64,000 bases of DNA from Acidimicrobiia bacterium (GTDB taxonomy: Bacteria; Actinomycetota; Acidimicrobiia; Spongiisociales; ZC4RG35). This document shows positions 27,122 through 36,889 of the stretch, one piece after another. The notes under the pieces are model-generated. The model did no database searches and had not been told where the DNA came from. It was given only the letters and a program-made list of their open reading frames with translations. The stretch's first letter is position 1. Each line of letters begins with the position of its first letter. A program made the position numbers and the translations under genes. The stretch spans positions 25,419 to 89,418 of the forward strand of contig JBIOVB010000107.1 of the NCBI GenBank assembly GCA_044867525.1. The letters run 5' to 3'.

Positions 27122-28234
27122 ATGCTGCACATCGGCCCTCTCCAGGTCGACCCTCCGGTGGTGCTCGCCCCGATGGCCGGTGTCACCAACGCGCCGTTCC
27201 GCCGGCTGTGCCGCGAGTTCGGCGCCGGGCTCTACGTCTCGGAGATGATCGGCGCCAGGGGGTTGATCGAAGGCAACGAGAAGTCGCTGTCGCTCGCATC
27301 CTTCGATCCGGATGAGAGCCCTCGTTCGATCCAGCTATATGGCACCGACCCCGGGACCCTGGGCGACGCGGTCGCCCATCTGGTGGAAGTGGAGCGAGTC
27401 GACCACATCGACATGAACTTCGGCTGTCCGATGGGAAAAGTCACCCGACACGGCGGGGGGGCGGCCCTTCCCTGGAAGCAGGACCTGTTCCGGTCGATCG
27501 TGCGCGCAGCAGTCGCCAATGCGGGGTCGGTCCCGGTCACCGTCAAGTTCCGCAAGGGGATCGACGACGACCACCTCACCTTCCTCGAGACCGGGTTGAC
27601 GGCTGAAGAGGAAGGAGCGGCCGCGGTCGCCCTCCATGCCAGGACTGCTCGCCAGCTCTATTCGGGCGCGGCCGATTGGGGCGCGATCCGCGCACTGAAG
27701 GACGCAGTGACCAGCATCCCGGTACTGGGAAACGGGGACATCTGGGTGGCGGAGGATGCGGTCGCCATGATGTCGAGCACCGGATGCGACGGCGTGATCG
27801 TGGGCCGAGGGTGCCTGGGGCGGCCCTGGCTGTTCCGTGATCTCGCCGATGTCATGGCCGGCCGCGCCCTGCAGCCCGCTCCGGCGCTCGGGGTGGTGGC
27901 TTCGATCATGGTTGCCCACGCCCAGATGCTCGCCGACAAGTTCGGAGAGGAGATCGGGATCACCCTCTTCAGAAGACATGCCGCCTGGTATCTGAAGGGT
28001 TTTCCGGTGGGCCCCGGGCTCCGCGACGGGTTCGCCCGGGCCGCCTCGCTGGATGAACTCGTGGGCCTCACCGGGGCACTGGATCCGGATACTCCCTACC
28101 CCGAGGGCGCCGATCGGATGGTGCGGGGACATTCCGCGGGACCGCGGCCGGTGCGGCTGCCACACGGGTTTCTCGACCACCGCGGGGGGATGACGGTTGA
28201 GCGCGGCGCCGAAGAGGTGATCAGCGGAGGCTGA
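27122..28234 (+). CDS. dus: tRNA-dihydrouridine synthase
   Basis: LAPMAGVTNAPFRRLC and MNFGCP motifs of Dus. Confidence 0.85.
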   Translation: MLHIGPLQVDPPVVLAPMAGVTNAPFRRLCREFGAGLYVSEMIGARGLIEGNEKSLSLASFDPDESPRSIQLYGTDPGTLGDAVAHLVEVERVDHIDMNFGCPMGKVTRHGGGAALPWKQDLFRSIVRAAVANAGSVPVTVKFRKGIDDDHLTFLETGLTAEEEGAAAVALHARTARQLYSGAADWGAIRALKDAVTSIPVLGNGDIWVAEDAVAMMSSTGCDGVIVGRGCLGRPWLFRDLADVMAGRALQPAPALGVVASIMVAHAQMLADKFGEEIGITLFRRHAAWYLKGFPVGPGLRDGFARAASLDELVGLTGALDPDTPYPEGADRMVRGHSAGPRPVRLPHGFLDHRGGMTVERGAEEVISGG

Positions 28235-28237
28235 GGA

Positions 28238-29137
28238 TCATCGTTCTGCGTAGCCCGCAACCGCTGCGAGGAAGAGGTGCGCCATGACGTCGAGCGTGGC
28301 GCCGTCCGGATCTGCCTCTGCGTCTACCTCGACGAAGTCGATCCATTTCACGAGTGGGTGCCGCGCGCTGGTCCTCACCCCCTCGGCCAGGTCGCGTGGC
28401 GTCATCCCGCCGGGCCGCGACCCGGGGCAAGCAGGGGCAAAGGCTCTGTCGAGGACATCGACATCGACATCGACGTAGATGGCGTCGCATTTGTCGGCGA
28501 GCTCGTCCAGGGTGTGGGAGACGACAGCGACGATCCCGGTCCGCTCGATGTCGGCGATGGTCACCACACCGATCCTGTTCTCGTCGCAATAGGAGCGGTA
28601 CTGAGATGAGTTGGCGAAGCTGTGAATCCCGACCTGGGTCACGTTCTCCCCGGGGAGGCCGTCCTCGTCGATCAGGCCCCGGATCGGATTTCCGTTGGTC
28701 GGGCCCAACTCGAGGGTTCGAACGTCGTGATGGGCGTCGAAGGTGAGGACACCGACCCGGCTCAGGTTTGCGGATGCCGAGCGGACGAGGGGCCTGGTGA
28801 TGGCATTGTCTCCACCGAGGAAGATCGTCAGGTCGACAGACGGGAGACCGTCCGCCAACTCCTGGATCAAGTCGATCAGTCGGTGCCGGTCGGCCTCCGA
28901 TACCGGCCAGTTCCCGAGGTCACGAACCGCTACCTGCCCGAAGTCGATGCCCCACTCCCCGTGAAATGTGGAGAACCGGGCCAAGCGGTCCCGCATCGCC
29001 AACGGCGCCAGATCGGCCCGGCTAGGCGAGAGAGAAGCCTGGGACGAAGGGACGCCTACGACTGCGATGTCCGGATCCGGGTGGTCCTGGGCCAGCCAGA
29101 CGTCGGCACGCGGCCAATAAGGGTCGGAGATGGGCAT
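28238..29137 (-). CDS. Arginase-family hydrolase, candidate formimidoylglutamase (HutG)
   Basis: Arginase/ureohydrolase Mn-binding motifs (GGDNAIT, DAHHD, DVDVDVLD). Located immediately downstream of hutU. Confidence 0.65.
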   Translation of the reverse strand: MPISDPYWPRADVWLAQDHPDPDIAVVGVPSSQASLSPSRADLAPLAMRDRLARFSTFHGEWGIDFGQVAVRDLGNWPVSEADRHRLIDLIQELADGLPSVDLTIFLGGDNAITRPLVRSASANLSRVGVLTFDAHHDVRTLELGPTNGNPIRGLIDEDGLPGENVTQVGIHSFANSSQYRSYCDENRIGVVTIADIERTGIVAVVSHTLDELADKCDAIYVDVDVDVLDRAFAPACPGSRPGGMTPRDLAEGVRTSARHPLVKWIDFVEVDAEADPDGATLDVMAHLFLAAVAGYAER

Positions 29138-29186
29138 CGCGGGTCAGGGTAAACCCGGGTCGGGATCTTTCCGCAGTCGGGAGAGG

Positions 29187-30890
29187 TCAGCGGAGCATCG
29201 GGAGATCGAGTCCTCGCTCGACGGCGACCCGTTGCGCGATCTCGTAGCCGGCATCGGCGTGCCGCATCACCCCGGTGCCCGGGTCATTGGTCAAGACCAG
29301 TTCCAAGCGAAGCGCACCCTGAGTCGTGCCATCGGCGACCACCTGGGCTCCGGCGTGGATCGAATTCCCGATGCCCACACCGCCGCCATGATGCACCGCC
29401 ACCCATGCCGCCCCCGACGCCACGTTGAGCATCGCGTTGAGGATGGGCCAGTCCGCCACCGCGTCCGAGCCGTCGGCCATGGACTCGGTCTCCCGGTAGG
29501 GAGAAGCAACCGACCCCGAGTCGAGATGATCCCTGCCAATCACGATCGGTGCCGAGACCTCGCCATCGGCGACCAACTCGTTGAAGCGGAGACCGGCGAG
29601 GTGGCGCTCCCCGTATGACAACCAGCAGATGCGAGCCGGCAGGCCCTGGAACTCGACCCGGTCCTCGGCCATTCGCAACCAACGAAGCAGTGGCTCGTTC
29701 TCGGGGAAAAGTCGGGCCAGGGCGCGATCGGTGACGGCGATGTCGGCAGGATCGCCGCTGAGGGCGACCCAGCGAAACGGCCCCGATCCCTCACAGAACA
29801 GGGGCCGGATGTAGGCGGGGACGAACCCGGGATAGGAGAAGGCATCGGCGTAGCCGGCAGCCTGGGCCTCGCCCCGAAGATTGTTCCCGTAGTCGAAGGT
29901 CTCCGCTCCTGCGGTCTGGAACCCAACCATCGCTTCACACTGGGTCGCCATCGATTCCCTTGCCGCCTTGATGTAGGTGTCCGGGTCGTCGCGTCGCAAC
30001 GCCTCCACTTCCTGCAAGCTGTGCCCGGCGGGGACGTACCCGTAGAGAGGGTCGTGGGCGGAGGTCTGGTCGGTCACGATGTCGGGGTCGAAGCCCATCC
30101 CGAGCAGGATCGGGAATACGTCTGCGGCATTGCCCAGAAGGCCAATGGAAACTGGCTTCCTGGCCGACTTCGCCTCCAGAGCACGCTTCACCGCGGCATC
30201 GAGGTCCTCGTAGCTCTCATCGAGGTACCTGGTCTCCAACCTGCGCTCGATACGAGAGGGATCGACCTCGACACAGAGGGCGACACCCCCGTTCATGGTC
30301 ACTGCCAGCGGCTGAGCTCCCCCCATCCCGCCCAGTCCGGCGGTGAGGGTGAGGGTTCCGGCCAGCGTTCCCCCAAACCGCTGCTCGGCGATGGCGGCGA
30401 AGGTCTGGAAGGTGCCCTGGAGGATTCCCTGGGTGCCGATGTAGATCCAGGACCCGGCCGTCATTTGCCCGTACATCATCAGACCCTCGGCCTCGAGCTT
30501 CCAGAAATGCTCCAGGGTTGCCCATTTCGGGACCAAGAGACTGTTGGCGATCAGGACCCGGGGCGCCATCTCGTGGGTGCGGAACACACCGACCGGCTGC
30601 CCGGACTGGACGAGAAGCGTCTCGTCGTTGTCGATGCGCTCCAAGGTGCGGACGATGGCGTGCAGGCTCTCGATGTTTCGCGCCGCCTTGCCCCGGCCGC
30701 CGTAGACGATCAGGTTCTCCGGATCCTCGGCGACAGCAGGGTCGAGGTTGTTGAGCAGACAGCGCAGAGCCGCTTCCTGGAGCCATCCCTTGGTATTCAG
30801 GGTCGACCCGTGCGGAGAATGCAGCGGGAAGGAGAGGTCGAGCATGGGGCGAGTCGAGCCTATTCCTACATCTCTCTTGGAACCTGACAA
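29187..30890 (-). CDS. hutU: Urocanate hydratase
   Basis: Near-collinear with known HutU ([39 protein letters not shown]). The true start may be MLDLSF at about 30845. Confidence 0.9.
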   Translation of the reverse strand: MSGSKRDVGIGSTRPMLDLSFPLHSPHGSTLNTKGWLQEAALRCLLNNLDPAVAEDPENLIVYGGRGKAARNIESLHAIVRTLERIDNDETLLVQSGQPVGVFRTHEMAPRVLIANSLLVPKWATLEHFWKLEAEGLMMYGQMTAGSWIYIGTQGILQGTFQTFAAIAEQRFGGTLAGTLTLTAGLGGMGGAQPLAVTMNGGVALCVEVDPSRIERRLETRYLDESYEDLDAAVKRALEAKSARKPVSIGLLGNAADVFPILLGMGFDPDIVTDQTSAHDPLYGYVPAGHSLQEVEALRRDDPDTYIKAARESMATQCEAMVGFQTAGAETFDYGNNLRGEAQAAGYADAFSYPGFVPAYIRPLFCEGSGPFRWVALSGDPADIAVTDRALARLFPENEPLLRWLRMAEDRVEFQGLPARICWLSYGERHLAGLRFNELVADGEVSAPIVIGRDHLDSGSVASPYRETESMADGSDAVADWPILNAMLNVASGAAWVAVHHGGGVGIGNSIHAGAQVVADGTTQGALRLELVLTNDPGTGVMRHADAGYEIAQRVAVERGLDLPMLR

Positions 30891-30902
30891 CAGGGAGGTA
30901 CG

Positions 30903-31808
30903 TTGATCGCCATCATGAGGAGCGGTCGCGTGTTGCTTGTGGTGATCGCGCTGGCTGCGTGTTCCCCTTCCGACGCGGCCTCATCTCCGACAGCCTCTCC
31001 TTCCCTATCGACGAGCGCACCCATGACACTCGTGACATCCGCCACGACCACCACCCGACCTGGCGAGACTGCGACCTCAGCGGTTTCGACCACCACCGAG
31101 GCCGATGCGGAGAGAGAGGCGATCCTCGTCGCCACTCCCGACGGCGTGTTACGCATCGCCGACTCCGGGACCGAACTTGTCTATGACGCCGGGGCGACGG
31201 CGGTGAGAAGCGACCACCGGGGAGGCGTGGTCTATCAGACGTCCGCCGATGAGGTCACGGAGATCTGGTGGCGCCCGCTTGATGACCAGCCCAGACCGAT
31301 CGCGGTGGGCTCGGCCGGCGCCGATGTCTTGCTGCAGGATGTGTCGAGTGGGGCGCATGGCGAAATCTGGTACATCGAGCTGGTAGGGGACTGGGGCGAC
31401 GACCAACCGGATTCATTGGTGCGAGTGTCGCTGTCCAGCGGTCGAGAGACCGAGCGGACTGTCCTGGAAGGGATTTGGGGTGTTGAGTTCCACGTCGGAG
31501 AAGATCTCGTCGGTCGTACCTCCTATCGGGTCGAGTCGTCGGAGTTTGCAATCGAATTCTTCGACTTGTCGATGAATCCAGTGACGTTCTCATGGAACCC
31601 GTATGCGGAACCGTCGATGGATGAAGACTGCCGCTTATGCGGCGTCGAGTTGGCGGTGTCAGACGACGCTGCACATGTCGCGTGGAGCGTCGGCCTGTCC
31701 CTTGAGGTGATCGAGGTCGCGACTGGAGCCACTCAAGTGATCCCCATGCCGGAGGAAGCTAGGGAGCCAAGGGGGCCTCGATGTGAGTCCGGATTCCTTG
31801 TTGGTTAA
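30903..31808 (+). CDS. Lipoprotein of unknown function with a Ser/Thr-rich linker
   Basis: Lipobox LAACS, then low-complexity S/T/A segment and a globular domain. Confidence 0.45.
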   Translation: MIAIMRSGRVLLVVIALAACSPSDAASSPTASPSLSTSAPMTLVTSATTTTRPGETATSAVSTTTEADAEREAILVATPDGVLRIADSGTELVYDAGATAVRSDHRGGVVYQTSADEVTEIWWRPLDDQPRPIAVGSAGADVLLQDVSSGAHGEIWYIELVGDWGDDQPDSLVRVSLSSGRETERTVLEGIWGVEFHVGEDLVGRTSYRVESSEFAIEFFDLSMNPVTFSWNPYAEPSMDEDCRLCGVELAVSDDAAHVAWSVGLSLEVIEVATGATQVIPMPEEAREPRGPRCESGFLVG

Positions 31809-31940
31809 CCCCATCGAGTTCTTGGCGGATTTGGGCATGCTCCGGCCATCTGTCCGAATCGATCTGAATACAGGGGAGTCTTCGACGTTGGATGTTGTCG
31901 GCGATGCCTCCTTCGACAGCTCCTGGCCGAGCTAGGAGCA

Positions 31941-33281
31941 TCAGTTCGCCACGAAGTCGGTGACGAAGAAGGCCAGCTCGTCGTCGATGGCGTTGGTGAG
32001 GCTGTCGATGCGGATCTCCACCGGGTAGCCGATATCGGGATCGAAGGAGGCGAGCATGTTGTCCGGTGCCTGCCCGCCACCCCAGTCGTCGATCAGGGCG
32101 AACAGGCCTTCCACGTCGTAGGTCATGAAGTTGTCGGGCGACTCGAGGTCGACCGGGCCGGTCTCGGCCGATGTCACCTCGATCACCTCCCCTTCGTTGA
32201 CAGTGACCTGGAAACGCCCGGAGATGGTGCAGAAGCAAATCACGTCGAGGGTGTAGGCGTAGTCGTCGATCCCTGAGGCATTCCACGCGGCCAGCGCGGC
32301 ATCAGCGGCGGCGAGGGATTGCTCGGTCCCGATCATCGCCTCCATCACGCGAGGCAAGAACACCTCGACGCTGGCTCCGATGTCGACACTGCGGTCGTAG
32401 GCACGGAAATTCTGAATGTATCCGAGCTCTTGGTCGTATGAGATCGGGTCGGTGATCGCGCCGGCGTTGGCAAGTGCCAACTCGAACAGATCGTCGACCA
32501 CCGGCACCGACGAGAGATCCGTCACCTCGCAGTACCGGGCGATGTCGGTTGCCCCGATCACCAACCCGTCGACGACGAGGACCCGGAGCACTGTGTCCTT
32601 CCCACACTCGTCGGCCGAGTAAGAGCCCTGATAGACGCTCAACACGGCCGTGTAGTCATCGATGCCGGCGGCACGCCACTGTTCCTGGTGCTCTTCGATC
32701 TCGGCCACCAGTGCCGGGTCGGGATCGTTCTCGGGGACGTCGGATCCGGCTGCGACCGGTGCGCCGAAGCGGTCGGCCCATGTCTGCCGGGCCTGGTTGC
32801 TGACCGGTTCCGTGACGCAAGGGAACACCTCACCCGATTGTTGGCCCAGGCTCCCGTAGAGGGCCCCTCCGATCAGCCAGGTCTCCCCGATCTCGCCTTC
32901 GAAGTTGGGCGCCCACATCGAGAACTCGACGCCGTAATCCTGCGTATACCAGGAGGAGACTTCGAACGTGACCCACTGCCAGGTCTCCTCGCCAAGAGTC
33001 ACTCGGGTCTCCTCGGCGATGGTCTGTCGGTCCTCGTTGATGCGGGGCTCGATGGCGGTGACCGTACCTTCGAAGGCGGTCTCCACCATGGTCCACGGGT
33101 CGCTCTGCTTGCAGGCGGTTGCCGAGACGATCTCCACGGCAGCCTCGTCGGGTGGGTCGAGCGGCGTTGTGGTGCCAGTGGTCGAAGCGGTCGGGTCCTG
33201 TTCGCTGTCCACCGGCATCCCACAGGCGGCGACAAGAACCACGGCAAGGACCACGGACGCGACCCTGGCCACAGATCTCAT
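31941..33281 (-). CDS. Lipoprotein of unknown function, last gene of the ABC exporter cluster
   Basis: Lipobox LVAACG, Thr-rich segment and 420-aa acidic mature domain. Confidence 0.45.
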   Translation of the reverse strand: MRSVARVASVVLAVVLVAACGMPVDSEQDPTASTTGTTTPLDPPDEAAVEIVSATACKQSDPWTMVETAFEGTVTAIEPRINEDRQTIAEETRVTLGEETWQWVTFEVSSWYTQDYGVEFSMWAPNFEGEIGETWLIGGALYGSLGQQSGEVFPCVTEPVSNQARQTWADRFGAPVAAGSDVPENDPDPALVAEIEEHQEQWRAAGIDDYTAVLSVYQGSYSADECGKDTVLRVLVVDGLVIGATDIARYCEVTDLSSVPVVDDLFELALANAGAITDPISYDQELGYIQNFRAYDRSVDIGASVEVFLPRVMEAMIGTEQSLAAADAALAAWNASGIDDYAYTLDVICFCTISGRFQVTVNEGEVIEVTSAETGPVDLESPDNFMTYDVEGLFALIDDWGGGQAPDNMLASFDPDIGYPVEIRIDSLTNAIDDELAFFVTDFVAN

Positions 33282-33323
33282 GGCACTTTGACGCCCGGGG
33301 CCGATCGTCGGTTCCTCTGGCCG

Positions 33324-34091
33324 TTATTTGCGAAGCATCCCGTCGAGTCGCCGCGAAGCGATGGCAGCGCCAATCAGCCCGAACCCGACGAGGAATCCGA
33401 CATGGACCGCCATGGTCCAGTCGAAGACTCCAAATGAAAAGGCACGCATCATCTCCGTGCCGTGATAGAGGGGGGAGAGCTGGGCAAGTCTCTGGATCCA
33501 TGGGGGGTAGACGTCGATCGGGTAGAAGGTCGCCGAGAACAGGAACAATGGGATCGTGACCAGCGACACCAGGTCGAGGTCCTGCCAGGACCGCATCAGC
33601 GTGGCCGCTGCCAGTCCTGCGGCTCCGAATGCAAACCCGATGAGGACCGCACCGGGAACCATCATCACCGCCCACCATGACTCGGTCAGGCCCATCAGTG
33701 CCATGACGATCAGGAACACCACGGCGTAGGCGAAGCCGCGGAGCAGCGACCATCCGAGCTCACCGATGGCGATGTCCCGGGTAACCAGGGGGGTAGTGAG
33801 CATTCCCTCGTACACGTTCTCGAACTTGAGCCGGAAGAAGATGTTGAAGGTGGTTTCCAAGACTGCACCGTTCATCGCCGACGTGGCCATCAGGGCCGGC
33901 GCAACGAACGCCGGGTAGGGGATGGCTTGCCCGTTCGAGAGGGTGACCTCGCCGACGAGGACTCCGATCCCGATCCCGATCGAGAACAAGTAGAGGACCG
34001 GCTCGAAGAAGCCGGTGAAGATGATCTTCCACAACCGTCGATAGACGAGGGCGTTGCGCTCCCAGATCCTCTGTGCCCGGAACGGGTTCAT
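33324..34091 (-). CDS. ABC-2 type exporter permease
   Basis: 6 TM helices. Start trimmed to MNPFRAQ. Confidence 0.7.
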   Translation of the reverse strand: MNPFRAQRIWERNALVYRRLWKIIFTGFFEPVLYLFSIGIGIGVLVGEVTLSNGQAIPYPAFVAPALMATSAMNGAVLETTFNIFFRLKFENVYEGMLTTPLVTRDIAIGELGWSLLRGFAYAVVFLIVMALMGLTESWWAVMMVPGAVLIGFAFGAAGLAAATLMRSWQDLDLVSLVTIPLFLFSATFYPIDVYPPWIQRLAQLSPLYHGTEMMRAFSFGVFDWTMAVHVGFLVGFGLIGAAIASRRLDGMLRK

Positions 34092-34129
34092 GCGCCGGGG
34101 CGGGGTGAGCCGTGTGGGAGCAGAGATGC

Positions 34130-34918
34130 TCACGGCCGGATCCTCCTGTCCAGCCAGCGGGCGGCCAGGACCATTCCGATCGCGGTCATCGCCACCAGGT
34201 AGGCCACATGGACCCAGATCGGGATCGAGGTCACCACCGGCTCTCCAACCCCGGGGATCGAGACCTTTCGCACCAACTCGACGCCGTGGAACAACGGGGT
34301 TAGATAGGCGATCGGCTCGAGGTACCCGGGAAGCTGGGTGATGGGGAAGAAGGTTCCCGAGAAGAGGAACAGTGGGGTGATCCCGAACCGGAACAACGTC
34401 GACAGGCTGGTCTCGTTTTCCCGGGTCACAGTGAACGCAGTCGTTGCGGTGACGAAGGCGAGCCCGGTGAGGACCCCTGGGGGAACCGCGAGGAAGGCGG
34501 TCTGCGGCTCGAGGGCGCCGAAGAGGACCGAGATCAGGACGAACACCAGAAGAATGAAGGTGAGCCGTATCGCTGCCCACAGGAATCGCCCGTACACGAT
34601 GTCTGCCGGGCCCACCGGCGTCGTGATCGTGGCGAAGAAGCCCTTGCGCCACTTGATCCCCGCCATGACCGGGAAGCTGCCGTCGGAGGCGCCCGCCTGC
34701 ATGGCGCTGGCGGCGACCAATCCTGTGGCGACGAACGTGAGATAGGGCACACCGAGATCGGCTGAGCTGGCGTCGACGAATGTGCCGAGCCCGATCCCCA
34801 GGGAGGAGAGGAACAGAACCGGGTTGACGAAGCTGGAGATGACCGTCCCCCGCCAGGTGCGGCGGTAGTTGACCAGCTCGGCTTCCACGACCCTCACCGA
34901 TCGCGTGAGCACGGTCAT
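34130..34918 (-). CDS. ABC-2 type exporter permease
   Basis: 6 TM helices. 1-nt overlap with the upstream ATPase gene. Confidence 0.7.
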   Translation of the reverse strand: MTVLTRSVRVVEAELVNYRRTWRGTVISSFVNPVLFLSSLGIGLGTFVDASSADLGVPYLTFVATGLVAASAMQAGASDGSFPVMAGIKWRKGFFATITTPVGPADIVYGRFLWAAIRLTFILLVFVLISVLFGALEPQTAFLAVPPGVLTGLAFVTATTAFTVTRENETSLSTLFRFGITPLFLFSGTFFPITQLPGYLEPIAYLTPLFHGVELVRKVSIPGVGEPVVTSIPIWVHVAYLVAMTAIGMVLAARWLDRRIRP

Positions 34919-35844
34919 CAGTCGATCAGGCTCCGGCCCGTGAGCTTCAGGAACACGTCCTCGAGTGTGGAGCGTCTGACCAACACCTGCTCAGGGTGGA
35001 TCCCGCGCAGGCCCATCTCGTGCTGCGTGCCCTCCGCGTCCTGGGTGTAGAGGAGGACCCGGTCGGCAAGCACCTCGCATCGATCGGCAAGCTCCTCGAG
35101 GACCCCGACTGCATGCTCTTGCTGGCCGTCCTGAAAGCGAAGCTCGACCACCTCGCGGGTGGCGTGTTCGTTGATCAGAGTTCGGGGAGAGCCTTCGGCC
35201 ACGATCTCGCCTTTGTCCATCACCACCAGCCGGTCACAGAGCTGCTCTGCCTCGTCCATGTAGTGGGTGGTGATGATCAGGGTCGCCCCCTGTTGCTTCA
35301 GCCGGTATAGGCGGTCCCATAGAACGTGGCGTGCCTGGGGGTCGAGTCCGGTGGTCGGCTCGTCGAGAACAACCAGCTCGGGGTCGTTGATCAGCGCCCT
35401 GGCGATGGTCAGGCGGCGCTTCATGCCGCCGGACAACGGGTCCACCAACGACTTTGCACGGTCGGCGAGTTGGGCGAATTCCAGGAGCTCGGTCGTGCGT
35501 CTCCGGATGTCCGCCCGATTCATGTCGTGGTAGCGCCCGAAGACATAGAGGTTCTCGGCGACGGTCAGCTCGAGGTCGAGGTTGTCCTCTTGGGGAACCA
35601 CGCCGATCCGGCTTCTGATCTGGCGGCCCTCCGTTGTCGGGTCGAGGCCGAACACGGTGAGCTTTCCTTCCGTGATCGGGCTCACCGTGGTGATCATCTT
35701 CATGGTGGAGGTCTTGCCCGCGCCGTTGGGGCCGAGGAACCCGAAGGCCTCACCTTTAGCGATGTCGAAATCGACGGCGTCGACCGCGGTGAAGTCACCG
35801 AACTTCTTGGTGAGGCCCCGCGCTTGGACGATCGGCTCCGGCAT
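34918..35844 (-). CDS. ABC exporter ATP-binding protein (DrrA/NodI-like)
   Basis: Walker A GPNGAGKTS, signature LSGGMKRR, Walker B LVVLDEP. Confidence 0.85.
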   Translation of the reverse strand: MPEPIVQARGLTKKFGDFTAVDAVDFDIAKGEAFGFLGPNGAGKTSTMKMITTVSPITEGKLTVFGLDPTTEGRQIRSRIGVVPQEDNLDLELTVAENLYVFGRYHDMNRADIRRRTTELLEFAQLADRAKSLVDPLSGGMKRRLTIARALINDPELVVLDEPTTGLDPQARHVLWDRLYRLKQQGATLIITTHYMDEAEQLCDRLVVMDKGEIVAEGSPRTLINEHATREVVELRFQDGQQEHAVGVLEELADRCEVLADRVLLYTQDAEGTQHEMGLRGIHPEQVLVRRSTLEDVFLKLTGRSLID

Positions 35845-35901
35845 AGGTCAGGAGACGGTAGTGCCGCCTCCGGATGGTGAACTCAGGGTTCTGAGTCGAG
35901 C

Positions 35902-36417
35902 TCAATAACTCTCTCGATGGACGATTGAGTCCTCCGATTTGCGGCCGCCGTACTGCCTGGGCTGGGCTCCAGGGGTCGGATAGCCGAGAGCGACGGCATA
36001 CCGGGCCACCCGATCGTCGGGCACTCCCAGGAAGGCTCGCGTCTGCGCTTCACGATGAAGAGTGATCGGGCACGACGCCACGCCGACGGAGGCGGCGCCG
36101 AGCATGATGTTCTGGGCTGCGCGCCCGATGTCGAACATGTTTCCGCCCGGCTCCTGGACCAGGACCACCGTCGCCGCCGAGTCCCGCACCGGCTGTGTGA
36201 AGTCACCGTGCTCGGCCAGCCCTTGCAACCGATCATGATCGGTGACGACGATGAAGGACCAGTCCTGGCGGTTCTTCGAGCTCCCGGTCCAACGCCCAGC
36301 TTCCAGGATTGCTGCGAGGTCCGAATCACTGAGGGGGTCTGGCCGATAGTCCCGGATCGCCCGCAACTTGACGATCGATTGATAACGGTCGTTCATCTGT
36401 GGTCCCTTGCCCTTCAC
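35902..36417 (-). CDS. Nitroreductase family protein
   Basis: AAILEAGRWTGSSKNRQDW... matches the nitroreductase fold pattern. Confidence 0.65.
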   Translation of the reverse strand: MKGKGPQMNDRYQSIVKLRAIRDYRPDPLSDSDLAAILEAGRWTGSSKNRQDWSFIVVTDHDRLQGLAEHGDFTQPVRDSAATVVLVQEPGGNMFDIGRAAQNIMLGAASVGVASCPITLHREAQTRAFLGVPDDRVARYAVALGYPTPGAQPRQYGGRKSEDSIVHRESY

Positions 36418-36857
36418 TGCCGATAGAGGATGAACTGGGTACAGCGAAACAGCGCGAGCGCCCTCCCGGTCTTCTCATCGCTGACTGTCACGTCCCAAAC
36501 CTGCGTGCTGCGCCCGCCGTGTGCCATCCTGCCATTGGAGGCCAGAACTCCCTCGGTGAGGGTTGCCAGGTGATTGGACTTCAACTCCACCGTGGTGAAC
36601 CCGTAGGCCCCGTCGGGGAGATTGGCCACACACCCGTATCCGGCGGTTGTGTCGGCGAGGGCGATCACCGAGGCGGCGTGCAGATAACCGTTCGATGCCA
36701 GATGCCTCTCGCTGATCGGGCAGCGCATGGCCGAGCTCCCTTCGCCGAGCTCGACAAGCTCGATTCCGAGGACTCCCGGCAGGCGCTCGGCTCCGAGGCT
36801 CTCGAGGGTCCTTGCGAGCTCGTCCCGGTCCTTTGGGAAATGGGGCACCTCCGGCAT
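36414..36857 (-). CDS. Hotdog-fold thioesterase (PaaI/DUF4442-like)
   Basis: GYLHAASVIALADTTAGYG core. 4-nt overlap with the nitroreductase gene. Confidence 0.65.
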   Translation of the reverse strand: MPEVPHFPKDRDELARTLESLGAERLPGVLGIELVELGEGSSAMRCPISERHLASNGYLHAASVIALADTTAGYGCVANLPDGAYGFTTVELKSNHLATLTEGVLASNGRMAHGGRSTQVWDVTVSDEKTGRALALFRCTQFILYRQ

Positions 36858-36889
36858 TCCCCGGCGACCCTACCGGTAACGTCGCGAGC

